Positions 9,789 through 19,020 of a stretch of DNA of 54,860 nucleotides are shown here, one piece after another. Origin of the DNA: Maribacter sp. (lineage in GTDB: Bacteria; Bacteroidota; Bacteroidia; Flavobacteriales; Flavobacteriaceae); NCBI GenBank assembly GCA_047632415.1, contig JBLICT010000001.1, positions 1-54,860 of the forward strand. Reading direction: 5' to 3'. The position numbers were made by a program, and so were the translations under genes. How positions within the stretch are numbered: the stretch's first letter is position 1; every line of letters begins with the position of its first letter. The notes beneath the pieces were generated by a model, which saw only the letters and a list, made by a program, of their open reading frames with translations, was not told where the DNA came from and searched no databases.

Positions 9789-11113
9789 TTGGGTATAAAA
9801 TAGAGTGTGATACAACTTAAAATCCCCCAGAAATTAATCCAAAGTAAATCCGCATATTTTCCTGTGGTGAAAATTAATCCTTGTGGGAACCAGCTGAAAA
9901 TAAGCAAAAATCCGAATAAAATCCCACAAAAAACACTTAGGTGAAAACTTATCTTAGGTGCTTTGTCTTTCCAAAATAGAAAAATGGGTGTTAAGCCGAT
10001 GACCATAGTTCCGCTTATGGTAGTTGCCGATAGTATTTCCGCATTCAAAAAAACAGGGATGGTCCCTAGCGCGGCAATTAAAACCATGGACCAACGTCCG
10101 AATTTAAGTGAATTCCCCAATTTTAAATCGATTGCCAATAGCTTGGAAAAAGAGGAAAATGTGGAGTCTAAGGTAGATGCAGCCGAGGTTATCATAATAA
10201 AATTGACAACTAATAAAATGACGATTCCAAATGCCTTGCCCACTTCCACAGCGGCTTGCCCTTGCATTCCCTGCGATTGTGCATATACCCCAACAATACT
10301 GAAAAGTATAATGCATAAAGCACCAAGTATACTTGCCCAGAGGAAGCTTTTTAGTGTGATTTTTGGACTGCTTAGAAAACCTCTGTCCGTAAGTACTGGG
10401 TCATGGAACGGATAACTAAATGATTGCAGAACAGCTGCAAAAAGCAAGTTTAAGCCCATATCAAAGGACCAGACTCCAGAGCTAACAGCATTTTCAGGCG
10501 TAAAACTGTTTTCAGAATTAAAAATGGCACCTAGTATAATTAATAAAAGAATTGAGAACAATCCCATTTGTAGAACATCCGTAAATATGGAACTGCTCAT
10601 TCCGCCCTTAAGCACATAGGCTAACGTAAGTGCTGTGAACACCAAGATGGACCAGTAATACGAACTAGACCCTATATCCCCAAAATAGGTACCAATAACC
10701 ATTGTATTGCTCCAAACCTCATTAAATAATCGGATAGCGATGAGAATAGAGAAAACGGCCACCGCTCCTTTGCCAAACTTAGACGTAAGAAAATGATGAA
10801 TGCTTGTGTATTTACCATACAGGCGCATTTTATAAATAACCACACCGGCAACAGCAAATGAAACGTAATATCCTGCATACGCAACGCCGCCTACAATACC
10901 ATAGTCTAATCCTAGATTTGCAGCATTAGTAATGCTCTTGGCAAAGATCCAAGAGATGATTAAACTGCCCATGAGCATAAAGGTATTTGGGGTTTTCTTC
11001 TTTTCAACTGCCTTAAAAAATTGATTGGTATTTTTTGCCCATGGAGAAAGCAGAAACAACACCAAACTAGATGTAATTACTAACCCCCATTGCCATAAAT
11101 TAACCTCAATCAT
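9773..11113 (-). CDS. Sodium:solute symporter family transporter
   Basis: About 13 TM segments, with YVLKGGMSSSIFTDVLQ and SAASTLDS motifs. Its stop overlaps the next start. Confidence 0.85.
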   Translation of the reverse strand: MIEVNLWQWGLVITSSLVLFLLSPWAKNTNQFFKAVEKKKTPNTFMLMGSLIISWIFAKSITNAANLGLDYGIVGGVAYAGYYVSFAVAGVVIYKMRLYGKYTSIHHFLTSKFGKGAVAVFSILIAIRLFNEVWSNTMVIGTYFGDIGSSSYYWSILVFTALTLAYVLKGGMSSSIFTDVLQMGLFSILLLIILGAIFNSENSFTPENAVSSGVWSFDMGLNLLFAAVLQSFSYPFHDPVLTDRGFLSSPKITLKSFLWASILGALCIILFSIVGVYAQSQGMQGQAAVEVGKAFGIVILLVVNFIMITSAASTLDSTFSSFSKLLAIDLKLGNSLKFGRWSMVLIAALGTIPVFLNAEILSATTISGTMVIGLTPIFLFWKDKAPKISFHLSVFCGILFGFLLIFSWFPQGLIFTTGKYADLLWINFWGILSCITLYFIPKWIKG

Positions 11114-11150
11114 ATTTATAATTTCAATATTCGATTTCAACCTTAATACT

Positions 11151-12752
11151 TTAATTCTCGCTTTGCGAGTCCCACCAAACCGCTACATTAATACTATTCC
11201 CATCTGTTTTACTTGCAGCTGCTTCATAATTCGCAGCATTTAATGCCTCTTCTTCAGCGGGATATGGCATACGAACTGGTATTAAATTATCGTTTAAACT
11301 CGCTGAAATGGTTTTTAATTGTGGAAAGCCTGTTCTTCTGAATTCTACCCAACCTTCGTATCCGTTTATGATATTAGAAATCCACTTCTGAGTGATAATG
11401 TTTTCCAAAGAATCGCCATTGGTATAGGCGCCCGTTCTTACAAGATAGTCTGCCGGAAGCGCTACTTGCCAATAGTCAAAAGCTTGTGTTACTCCAATAT
11501 TGTAAAGGGCTTGTGCATCTGCTGTAATGAACCCTTTCTGTGCTGCCTCAGCTAACAGAAAGTGTGTTTCCATACTAGTCATGAAATTAGCATCTAAGAC
11601 GCTTGTGTTTTCACGGAAAATTGTGCCTGCTAAAGAATAATCAGATAGGACAGCAGCGTTTTGCGTGGCATCGATTCCGTTTAAAAGACCGTTGAATTCA
11701 CCAGTAGTACTATTGTTAAAAGGTTGAAACAATTTTGAGATGCGTTCGTCGTTCAAATCCGTTAAGATGTCCTCCATGGTTTCGGAGAGCACAAAGTTGT
11801 TAAAATCTCCAATGCGTAACCGCGCTAATCTAAAATTATTAGGCTCTCCATCCATAAAATCAAAAATGGCGTTTTCAGGATTCTCATCAATAAAGTTTCC
11901 TTCTGTAACTATAGCTTGCAGTTGTGAAGAAACATCCATTTTATCCGAAATTCGAATCAGATGCTTTATCCGAAGGGAATTTGCAAAGCGAATCCATCCC
12001 TGTAAATCCCCTTCAAAAAGAATATCCCCTTCCAAAGTAATACTCCCACTATAATTTTTGATTGCAGCGATTCCTTTCTCTAAGTTGTCTAAAATTCCAC
12101 CTTCATCTGTATAAATAGACTTTTGTGTATCATAAACAGGAGTTACCGTAACGCTATTTCCTTTAAAAGCTTCTGAGTAGGGTACATCTCCAAACAAATC
12201 TGTTAATCCTGCACTCATATAAGCTTTAAGAATACGAGCTGGTCCTTCATAAACCGCAAAGGTTTCGTTTTCCTGAGATAGGTTTAAAATGATTTCGTTG
12301 TCCCTTAGGTTTTTATAAAAAATAGGCCAAGGATTGCCACCTAATTGTGGCGACTTTAAATTATGTCTATCAAAAAGATTGAAATCCAGTGCTGTGGTAT
12401 ATTGACCCAATAAGTTCCCAGCAGTAAATCCTTCAAAGGACATTTGTTCTCCATAATCATAGATAACCTGCCGTAATAACAGACTTGGTTGTATAGTTAC
12501 AGGTGAATTGGGGTTGGTGTTTATTTTCTCGAAGTCTTGGGTACAGGAAGAGAATAATAATAGAACAACAGAAATTCTTACTAACAAGAAAACCTCCCTC
12601 AGTCCCTCCTTCTTAGAAGGGAGGCTAGAACGCATTCTTTTCCCCTCTAAAAAGAGGACGGCCCAATGATAATTGTGGGCGAGATTAAGCGTTGGCAAGG
12701 ATGCGTAGATTTTAAGTAAAAATGTAATTAGTATGCTATATAATTTTTTCAT
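11151..12752 (-). CDS. SusD/RagB-family outer-membrane lipoprotein (starch-binding-like subfamily) with an unusually long N-terminus
   Basis: Lipobox LLLFSSC then TQDFEKINTNPN. Motifs LTDLFGDVPYSEA, IITQKW, EFRRTGFP and WWD. Directly downstream of SusC. Confidence 0.9.
   Translation of the reverse strand: MKKLYSILITFLLKIYASLPTLNLAHNYHWAVLFLEGKRMRSSLPSKKEGLREVFLLVRISVVLLLFSSCTQDFEKINTNPNSPVTIQPSLLLRQVIYDYGEQMSFEGFTAGNLLGQYTTALDFNLFDRHNLKSPQLGGNPWPIFYKNLRDNEIILNLSQENETFAVYEGPARILKAYMSAGLTDLFGDVPYSEAFKGNSVTVTPVYDTQKSIYTDEGGILDNLEKGIAAIKNYSGSITLEGDILFEGDLQGWIRFANSLRIKHLIRISDKMDVSSQLQAIVTEGNFIDENPENAIFDFMDGEPNNFRLARLRIGDFNNFVLSETMEDILTDLNDERISKLFQPFNNSTTGEFNGLLNGIDATQNAAVLSDYSLAGTIFRENTSVLDANFMTSMETHFLLAEAAQKGFITADAQALYNIGVTQAFDYWQVALPADYLVRTGAYTNGDSLENIITQKWISNIINGYEGWVEFRRTGFPQLKTISASLNDNLIPVRMPYPAEEEALNAANYEAAASKTDGNSINVAVWWDSQSEN
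12590..12686. repeat. GC-rich multi-hairpin (REP/RPE-like) element inside the SusD signal-peptide coding region
   Basis: Stems CCTTCT-T-AGAAGG, CCTCT-AAAA-AGAGG and GCCCA-N10-TGGGC in an otherwise AT-rich 5' region. Translated as ...SSLPSKKEGLREV. Confidence 0.55.
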
Positions 12753-12763
12753 CTCTTTCTCTC

Positions 12764-15700
12764 TTAAAAATTAAACCCTGCTTTAAAACCAAAACTACGG
12801 GTGGTTGCATAGGACATGTCTTCTACACCACTAACAAAACCTTGCCCTTGAACCGCTAATTGCTCAGGGTCAAAATGTGGATTCTCTGTAATGGCGAACA
12901 AGTTTCTTCCGATTACCGATAAACTCAGGCTGGCATCTTGCTTGAATAAGCTGAGGTTGTCAAAGGTATAACCGATAGAGAACTGCCTAAGTTTAAGGAA
13001 AGACGCATCATAAGTGTTGTTCTCCTCATGGTTTCGGTCATAAAACTGTCGGTAATAGCTTTCGGCTGATACAGCAACGGTATTTTCTGTGAAAACTGGA
13101 TTTGCCGCTGTTCCTATATTTACAACTCCTTCTGGGACTATGCCAGCCTCAGGTCTAAATGAGGTTTCGGCCAGTTGTCCGCCAACATTTCCTAAGGCTC
13201 TTGTACGGGAAACGACTATTCCGCCTTGCCGCCAATCTAAGAGAAAACCAAGATTCCAGTTTTTAAAGGCAAACTGGTTATTGAATCCTAACATAAAATC
13301 TGGATTGTAATTGCCTAATTTTTGGAGGTTGTTATCTGGAATGTATCGACCTTCATCGGTTAGAATAAAATCACCGGTATCATTTTTTAAGTACCCTGTT
13401 CCGTAAAGGTCTCCAACACGGCCACCTTCTTCAACTTGTAAAAATACCGTTTGGTTTTGACTGTCGTATATTCTAGAATAGGCTAATGTTAGTCGACCTT
13501 CATCTTGGGGTAAATCTTCTACTGTAGCCCTGCTTGTACTGAAATTAAGCGTACTATTCCATTGAAAATTTTCTGAAATTACTGGAGAGATACCTGCTAT
13601 GATTTCCAAGCCTTTTGCTCGTACTTTTCCGCCATTTACAACTTGTTGTGTAAAGCCAGATGAGATGCCTATTGGAAGTGAAATAATTTGATCTTCCGTA
13701 ACGGCATTATAGTAAGAGATATCAAAACGTAATTGATCACTGAAAAAACGTAAATCAGCACCAACTTCAAAAGAAGAAGTGGTTTCTGGTCTTAGATTAG
13801 GGTTCGCAATCTTGTTTTGATTACTAAAGGTAGGTTGACCATTAAATGGCGTTTGTGCAACAAAGGCACCTGTGGTTTGATATGGATTGGTATCGTTTCC
13901 TACTTGTGCCCAACTTGCTCTAAGCTTTGCAAAAGAAAATGCTTGCGGCAATTCAACGACTTCAGATAAAATAAAACTGCTGGAAAAAGAAGGATAGAAA
14001 AACGAGGTGTTATCCACTGAAAATGGTATTGCTAAAGCACTTGACCAGTCGTTTCTTCCTGTGAGATCCAAAAATAGAAAATTTTTGTACCCAAACTTGG
14101 CCAAGCCATAGAAGCTGTTGATACGTTTATTAGATTCAAATTCGAACACTTCAATTGGTGATGCGCCATTAGAAAGGCGAAAAATACCTGGCTGCGCTAG
14201 GCTTGTAGTCTGTGATTGTGAAGTAAATGCTTTTTGGCCCAATCTATTTCCACCTATAGAAACATCAATCTTAAAATCATTAAACTGATTGGTATAATTT
14301 AAAAGAAAGTCGGTGTTTATTTCCCTAAAAAATACATCATGTTCCGCATATCCACCATTCTGAAAACGATTGGAACTAAACGCACGACGTAGTTGGCGTA
14401 ATTCGCTGGAGTAATCCATGCCAGAACGTATGGTTGCCGTTAAATGATCGGTAATATCATAACTAGCCGATATATTTCCAAAAACACGGTCCCGGTTAAA
14501 AGAGTTACGGTTCTCATTCAGCATAAAGAAGGGGTTATCAAAAAAAGTATAGTTATAAGAATACTGTTGCACGCCTTCTAGACCAGGTTGCCAATAATCT
14601 CTAAGACTATCTATGTTCAAAGAACGTGGCCCCCATGCTACCAAGGAATAGTTTACGTTCTCTGAACCATACCCGTTGGATGGACGGTTAGCACTTTGTG
14701 AATTCACATAACTGATAGAAGAATTGATGCTTAGTTTATCTGTAGGCATAAAACCTAAACGGGAACTAATTGTCTGTCGGTCTAGATTTACCCCTGGAAT
14801 AATAGATTCACTTCGTAAATCTGTAAACGAGAGCCGATAATTTCCTTTTTCAAATCCGTTGGAAATAGCAATATTATTTATGAGCGTTGTTCCAGTATTA
14901 TAAAAATCCTTCAAATTATCAGGATTGGAACGAAACTCTGTTGGTGCAATAGGTAATCCACGATATAATGCTGTATCGCCACCACGGACTATAGTGCCAT
15001 CCGTTAGGGTAACGGGGCTATCAAATTGAGAAATTAAATTCCCAGCATTTAAGCGAGGTCCCCAGCTGTAGGTAATGTTATCACTGGTTCCGCCACCAAG
15101 ACCGTCTACATATTCGAACACTCCAGATTGTCCTTGTCCGTATTCATTTTGAAAATTGGGAAGGCGAAAAGCAGAATCCACAAAAAAGCTTGTGTTGTAA
15201 CTAATACCAATTCCTTTTGAGTTTTTACCACTTTTGGTCGCGATAACGATAACGCCATTAGAGGCACGGGTTCCGTATAATGCTGCGGCACTAGGTCCTT
15301 TTAAAACAGACACTGCCGCTATATCATCAGGATTTACCTCCATGGCCCCGTTTCCAAAATCTATTGCTTGAAAACCGGCAGCAGCCTCATTGGTAAAGTT
15401 GAAGACGGAATTATTGTTTATAGGAACACCATCTACTATGAATAAAGGATTATTGTTAGAAAAAGAAGCTTCTCCTCGGATGGTAATCTTAGATGATGAA
15501 CCCACTCCCGTAGCCCCTTGGTTGATGGTTACACCTGCTAATTTTCCCGTAAGGTTATCGAGAAAATTAACTGCTTTCACTTCAGTTACTCCTTTAGCAT
15601 CCAGACTTTGCACCACATAGCCTAATTCCTTGGTCTCTCTCTTTAGACCTAGTGCCGTTAGGACAACTTCATTTAATTGCTCGGAAGATTCCAATAAGGT

Positions 15701-15967
15701 TACATCTGCAACAGATGCACCATTAATAGGAATGTTTTGTGTTTCATAACCGAGCACGGAAAATTTCAAAGTACCTTTTAAATCAGTAACGCCAAGATTA
15801 TATTGCCCCTCTTCGTTTGATATAGTTCCCTTATTCGTGCCGGTTAATTGTACGTTTACATATGGGATTGATGTTCCGACTGCATCGGTGATGGTTCCCG
15901 AAACGGTTTCTTGCGCAGTTATAATAGTTGCCATGAAGAAAGTCATGGCTAACAATAAATACTTCAT
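12764..15967 (-). CDS. SusC/RagA-family TonB-dependent outer-membrane transporter
   Basis: Signal peptide, CarboxypepD-like N-domain, LNEVVLTALG, PLFIVDGVP, SVLKGPSAAALYGTRASNGVIVIATK and C-terminal Phe. Confidence 0.95.
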   Translation of the reverse strand: MKYLLLAMTFFMATIITAQETVSGTITDAVGTSIPYVNVQLTGTNKGTISNEEGQYNLGVTDLKGTLKFSVLGYETQNIPINGASVADVTLLESSEQLNEVVLTALGLKRETKELGYVVQSLDAKGVTEVKAVNFLDNLTGKLAGVTINQGATGVGSSSKITIRGEASFSNNNPLFIVDGVPINNNSVFNFTNEAAAGFQAIDFGNGAMEVNPDDIAAVSVLKGPSAAALYGTRASNGVIVIATKSGKNSKGIGISYNTSFFVDSAFRLPNFQNEYGQGQSGVFEYVDGLGGGTSDNITYSWGPRLNAGNLISQFDSPVTLTDGTIVRGGDTALYRGLPIAPTEFRSNPDNLKDFYNTGTTLINNIAISNGFEKGNYRLSFTDLRSESIIPGVNLDRQTISSRLGFMPTDKLSINSSISYVNSQSANRPSNGYGSENVNYSLVAWGPRSLNIDSLRDYWQPGLEGVQQYSYNYTFFDNPFFMLNENRNSFNRDRVFGNISASYDITDHLTATIRSGMDYSSELRQLRRAFSSNRFQNGGYAEHDVFFREINTDFLLNYTNQFNDFKIDVSIGGNRLGQKAFTSQSQTTSLAQPGIFRLSNGASPIEVFEFESNKRINSFYGLAKFGYKNFLFLDLTGRNDWSSALAIPFSVDNTSFFYPSFSSSFILSEVVELPQAFSFAKLRASWAQVGNDTNPYQTTGAFVAQTPFNGQPTFSNQNKIANPNLRPETTSSFEVGADLRFFSDQLRFDISYYNAVTEDQIISLPIGISSGFTQQVVNGGKVRAKGLEIIAGISPVISENFQWNSTLNFSTSRATVEDLPQDEGRLTLAYSRIYDSQNQTVFLQVEEGGRVGDLYGTGYLKNDTGDFILTDEGRYIPDNNLQKLGNYNPDFMLGFNNQFAFKNWNLGFLLDWRQGGIVVSRTRALGNVGGQLAETSFRPEAGIVPEGVVNIGTAANPVFTENTVAVSAESYYRQFYDRNHEENNTYDASFLKLRQFSIGYTFDNLSLFKQDASLSLSVIGRNLFAITENPHFDPEQLAVQGQGFVSGVEDMSYATTRSFGFKAGFNF

Positions 15968-16024
15968 TTAATAGTATAGAAGGAGTTAGTACTTTAGATG
16001 GATTTACCCATCGTTTCAATAAAA

Positions 16025-16714
16025 CTAAGAATGAACTAGTACAGGGGAACCTTTGTTAAAAGGTTGCTGAAGAAAAGTTGCGGAGAATAGAGAAATTTCA
16101 ATGGTTTGAAACGCCTTTTCTAACTGTAAAAGTAACATCAAAATCTGTAGTACAGTTGATGAAATGGAATTCTTAAAATAAGCAAGACGTTTTACATCTT
16201 TGATAGTATCTATATCACTTAGAACAGGTAAATGATAAAGAAGGCTATCGGTTTGCTCTAAAAGTGAAGAAATCCTATTGAATAGGCTAAAACGTTGCCA
16301 TGGTAATCTCTTAAAAATTTCTTTATCAAAATTGGATTTATGGATGCCCATTAAGTAAAATCCACCATCTAAAGACGGACCTAAAACCGTTTCCCCAGCT
16401 TCTAGAGCGGCTTTGGTTTTCAGTAGGTGTGTGGTTTTTAGTTGAGGTGTATCGTTGCCAATGGTAATGATATTTTCAAAACCTTCTTCAAAAACCGTTT
16501 GTATTGCGTTTGTAAAACGCTCCCCAAAGGAGTTTCCCGTTTGTTCCTTTTCTGAAATATGAAAACAAGGGAGCCCTGTTTTTTTTGCCTTCTGAAGTGT
16601 TTCTTGTGTAAGTGTTTGAAACAAAACTTCCCCGTTTGGTATAGGCTTATGTGACAACTCCTCAGTAGCGGAATTGGCAAAGACCAAAATAGCGGTTTTG
16701 TGCAAAGAATTCAA
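16025..16714 (-). CDS. DUF2064 / CofC-like glycosyltransferase-like protein (family associated with ArsS-type radical SAM clusters)
   Basis: Motifs QTGNSFGERF, IGNDTPQL, VLGPSLDGGFYLMG, LPWQ and DIDT. TTG start. Confidence 0.8.
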   Translation of the reverse strand: MNSLHKTAILVFANSATEELSHKPIPNGEVLFQTLTQETLQKAKKTGLPCFHISEKEQTGNSFGERFTNAIQTVFEEGFENIITIGNDTPQLKTTHLLKTKAALEAGETVLGPSLDGGFYLMGIHKSNFDKEIFKRLPWQRFSLFNRISSLLEQTDSLLYHLPVLSDIDTIKDVKRLAYFKNSISSTVLQILMLLLQLEKAFQTIEISLFSATFLQQPFNKGSPVLVHS

Positions 16715-16768
16715 CAGGCTTCTTTTTCTTTTGTACGTAAACTTACGATAAAAAGGATACGAGGGTTT

Positions 16769-16795
16769 GGTCGTAGCAGTTATAAATTCATTACA
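16769..16795 (-). promoter_or_regulatory. Possible ECF-sigma-type promoter for the DUF2064-susCD-arsS operon
   Basis: Minus strand reads TGTAAT-N14-TACGACC, about 55 bp upstream of the start. Geometry resembles TGTAAC-N14-GTATCT at 32324. Confidence 0.3.
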
Positions 16796-16946
16796 AAGGA
16801 TGGAATAGTATTTTTCTCAAAACCAACTAACCAGTTTGTTTAACGTTCTAGATTTCTTCCAAATTAAAAAATAAGCACCGTTATAAGAGAAGGAATTAAC
16901 GGCAAAATTCAGAATAAGCCCTAGAATTCGCCGTTTACATATCAAT

Positions 16947-16964
16947 ACCGACCGAGTAGTTTAA
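16947..16964. promoter_or_regulatory. Putative TetR operator, copy 3
   Basis: ACCGACC-GAGT-AGTTTAA in the divergent region between the arsS operon and patatin. Confidence 0.55.
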
Positions 16965-17015
16965 AATCTAAGTCATAAAACATACTCGAACATGCTTCTT
17001 TCAGCTTAAACGGTC

Positions 17016-17023
17016 TACTTTTG
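17016..17023 (+). promoter_or_regulatory. -7 element for patatin gene
   Basis: TACTTTTG ends 16 bp before the ATG. Confidence 0.6.
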
Positions 17024-17039
17024 CAACTCAATCTAACCT

Positions 17040-17825
17040 ATGGAGTCACAATCATTACAATCTAAGTCACTTGGCCTTGTGCTTTCAGGAGGAGGTGTCC
17101 GTGGTATGGCTCATATAGGGGTAATCAAAGCCATGGAAGAGTTTGGTCTAGATGCTAAGATTGTAGCAGGAAGTAGTGTGGGTGCTTTGATCGGTGCGCT
17201 ATATGCCAATGGCAACTCTGTTTTGGATATGATGCGCTTTTTTAAGGAAACCCCCTTATTCAAATACAACTACTTTGCAGTAGCAAGACCTGGGCTGATA
17301 AATACGGAGCGCTACATCGACACGTTTAAAGTTTATTTTCCGGAGGATAGTTTTGAAAGCTTACAAAAGAAACTTTCAGTGGTTGCCACGAACCTAGAAC
17401 TGGGGCAGGAGGAGTTTATTTCGAGTGGCGAATTAATAAAACCTCTGTTAGCGTCTGCAGCTTTACCACCCGTTTTTAGCCCCGTAAGCTATAACGGGAT
17501 GCTTTATGCCGATGGTGGTATTATGAACAACTTTCCGTCGGAAGCCGTAATGGGTAAGGTCGATTTTGTGATTGGCAGCAATGTGTCCATTGTGTCGAAG
17601 CTCCAAAAGAAGGATTTGAATAACTCAATCCAATTAACGGGACGGGTTACCGGGTTAATGATTTACGCCATCAATAGGGAAAAAATTGACCAATGCGATT
17701 TGGTCTTTGAGCCCCAAGAACTTGAAAAAATAGGCATTCTGGACCGTAAAGGCTTAGAAAATGCCTACGCTATTGGTTATGAAACTGCGTCAAGGCAATT
17801 TGAGGCATTACTTACTACCCACTAA
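17040..17825 (+). CDS. Patatin-like phospholipase (RssA/NTE family)
   Basis: Motifs LSGGGVRGMAHIG, GSSVG (nucleophile), ASAALP and DGG. Confidence 0.92.
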   Translation: MESQSLQSKSLGLVLSGGGVRGMAHIGVIKAMEEFGLDAKIVAGSSVGALIGALYANGNSVLDMMRFFKETPLFKYNYFAVARPGLINTERYIDTFKVYFPEDSFESLQKKLSVVATNLELGQEEFISSGELIKPLLASAALPPVFSPVSYNGMLYADGGIMNNFPSEAVMGKVDFVIGSNVSIVSKLQKKDLNNSIQLTGRVTGLMIYAINREKIDQCDLVFEPQELEKIGILDRKGLENAYAIGYETASRQFEALLTTH

Positions 17826-17834
17826 TTACTTTTT

Positions 17835-18881
17835 TTACACATCATCATAGTCTACAGTTAAGGTAGCAGTGGTAGGATGCGCTTGGCAGGTTAGGATAAA
17901 ACCATCTGCTATTTCGCCATCGGTTAGGATTTGATTTTTAACCATTTCTGCTTTTCCTTCTTTTACTTTGGCAATGCAACTGCTGCATACACCGCCTTGG
18001 CAAGAGTAGGGCGCATCAATATTTTCCTTAAGAACGGCATCTAACACCAACATCTTTTTATCCATGGTGATTTCAAACTCCTCGTCATCCACAATGACTT
18101 TTACCTTAGTTTGTCCTTCAGCTAAAATGGGCATTTCCTCCTTTATTTCCGTAGACGTAAACAGTTCAAAATTAATTTTATCTTTTGGCACCTCGTTTTC
18201 GATTAGCGTATCTGTAACCAAGTGAATCATTGTTTCAGGGCCACAAAGGTAGTAGCCATCAAAACGGACATCCTTATGTTTGTTTTTTAAAGCATAATTA
18301 ACGGTAGATGTATCTATGCGACCAAACAAAGCTTTATCTTCTTTGGTTTGGCTGTTTGTGAAATAAGTAAAAAACCTATTGGTATAATCTAATTGTAATT
18401 TTACCAAATCTGTGTAAAACATGGTTTCCTCATAGGATTTATTGCCGTAAATTAAAACAAAAGTGTTTTTGGGATTGCTATCCAATACTGTCTTGGCAAT
18501 ACTCATTATAGGCGTAATTCCACTACCGGCAGCAAAAGCGGCAATATTTTTTACTTCGGCTGATTTAAAGGTAAAACGACCCTCAGGAGGCATCACTTCT
18601 AGTACATCACCAACATTTAGTTTTGTGTTTGCATAGTCCGAAAATCCACCGCGGTCCACTTTTTTAATACCAATGGTAATGTCTTCTTTCTTTGGAGAAG
18701 AGCTAATGGAATACGCACGACGCAATTCGGTGCCTTTTATTTCCTTTTTTATGGTAATATATTGTCCTGCAGAAAAAGCAAAGGTTTGCGCAAGATTCTT
18801 AGGAATAGCTAAGGTTACTGAAACGGAACTTGGGGTTAATGTTTTAATCGTCTTAACCGTGAGGGCATAAAAATCGGCCAT
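17835..18881 (-). CDS. Ferredoxin--NAD(P)+ reductase with C-terminal 2Fe-2S domain (PaaE-like)
   Basis: RAYS (FAD), AAGSGITP (NAD), YLCGP and PYSCQGGVCSSC...LTCQ. Confidence 0.92.
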   Translation of the reverse strand: MADFYALTVKTIKTLTPSSVSVTLAIPKNLAQTFAFSAGQYITIKKEIKGTELRRAYSISSSPKKEDITIGIKKVDRGGFSDYANTKLNVGDVLEVMPPEGRFTFKSAEVKNIAAFAAGSGITPIMSIAKTVLDSNPKNTFVLIYGNKSYEETMFYTDLVKLQLDYTNRFFTYFTNSQTKEDKALFGRIDTSTVNYALKNKHKDVRFDGYYLCGPETMIHLVTDTLIENEVPKDKINFELFTSTEIKEEMPILAEGQTKVKVIVDDEEFEITMDKKMLVLDAVLKENIDAPYSCQGGVCSSCIAKVKEGKAEMVKNQILTDGEIADGFILTCQAHPTTATLTVDYDDV

Positions 18882-18906
18882 AGTTTTTATTCTTTTAAAT
18901 AGACTG

Positions 18907-18914
18907 CAAAATTA
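18907..18914 (-). promoter_or_regulatory. -7 element for the ferredoxin reductase gene
   Basis: Minus strand TAATTTTG, 25 bp upstream of the ATG. Confidence 0.55.
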
Positions 18915-19020
18915 AGCATTGATAAAGCGATAAAAAATTGCATCATTGAAAAAAATTACTTTTTTGTAACAAAAACCATTTTTGGGTTACCAATTATCAG
19001 AACGTTAAAACCAACCGACT

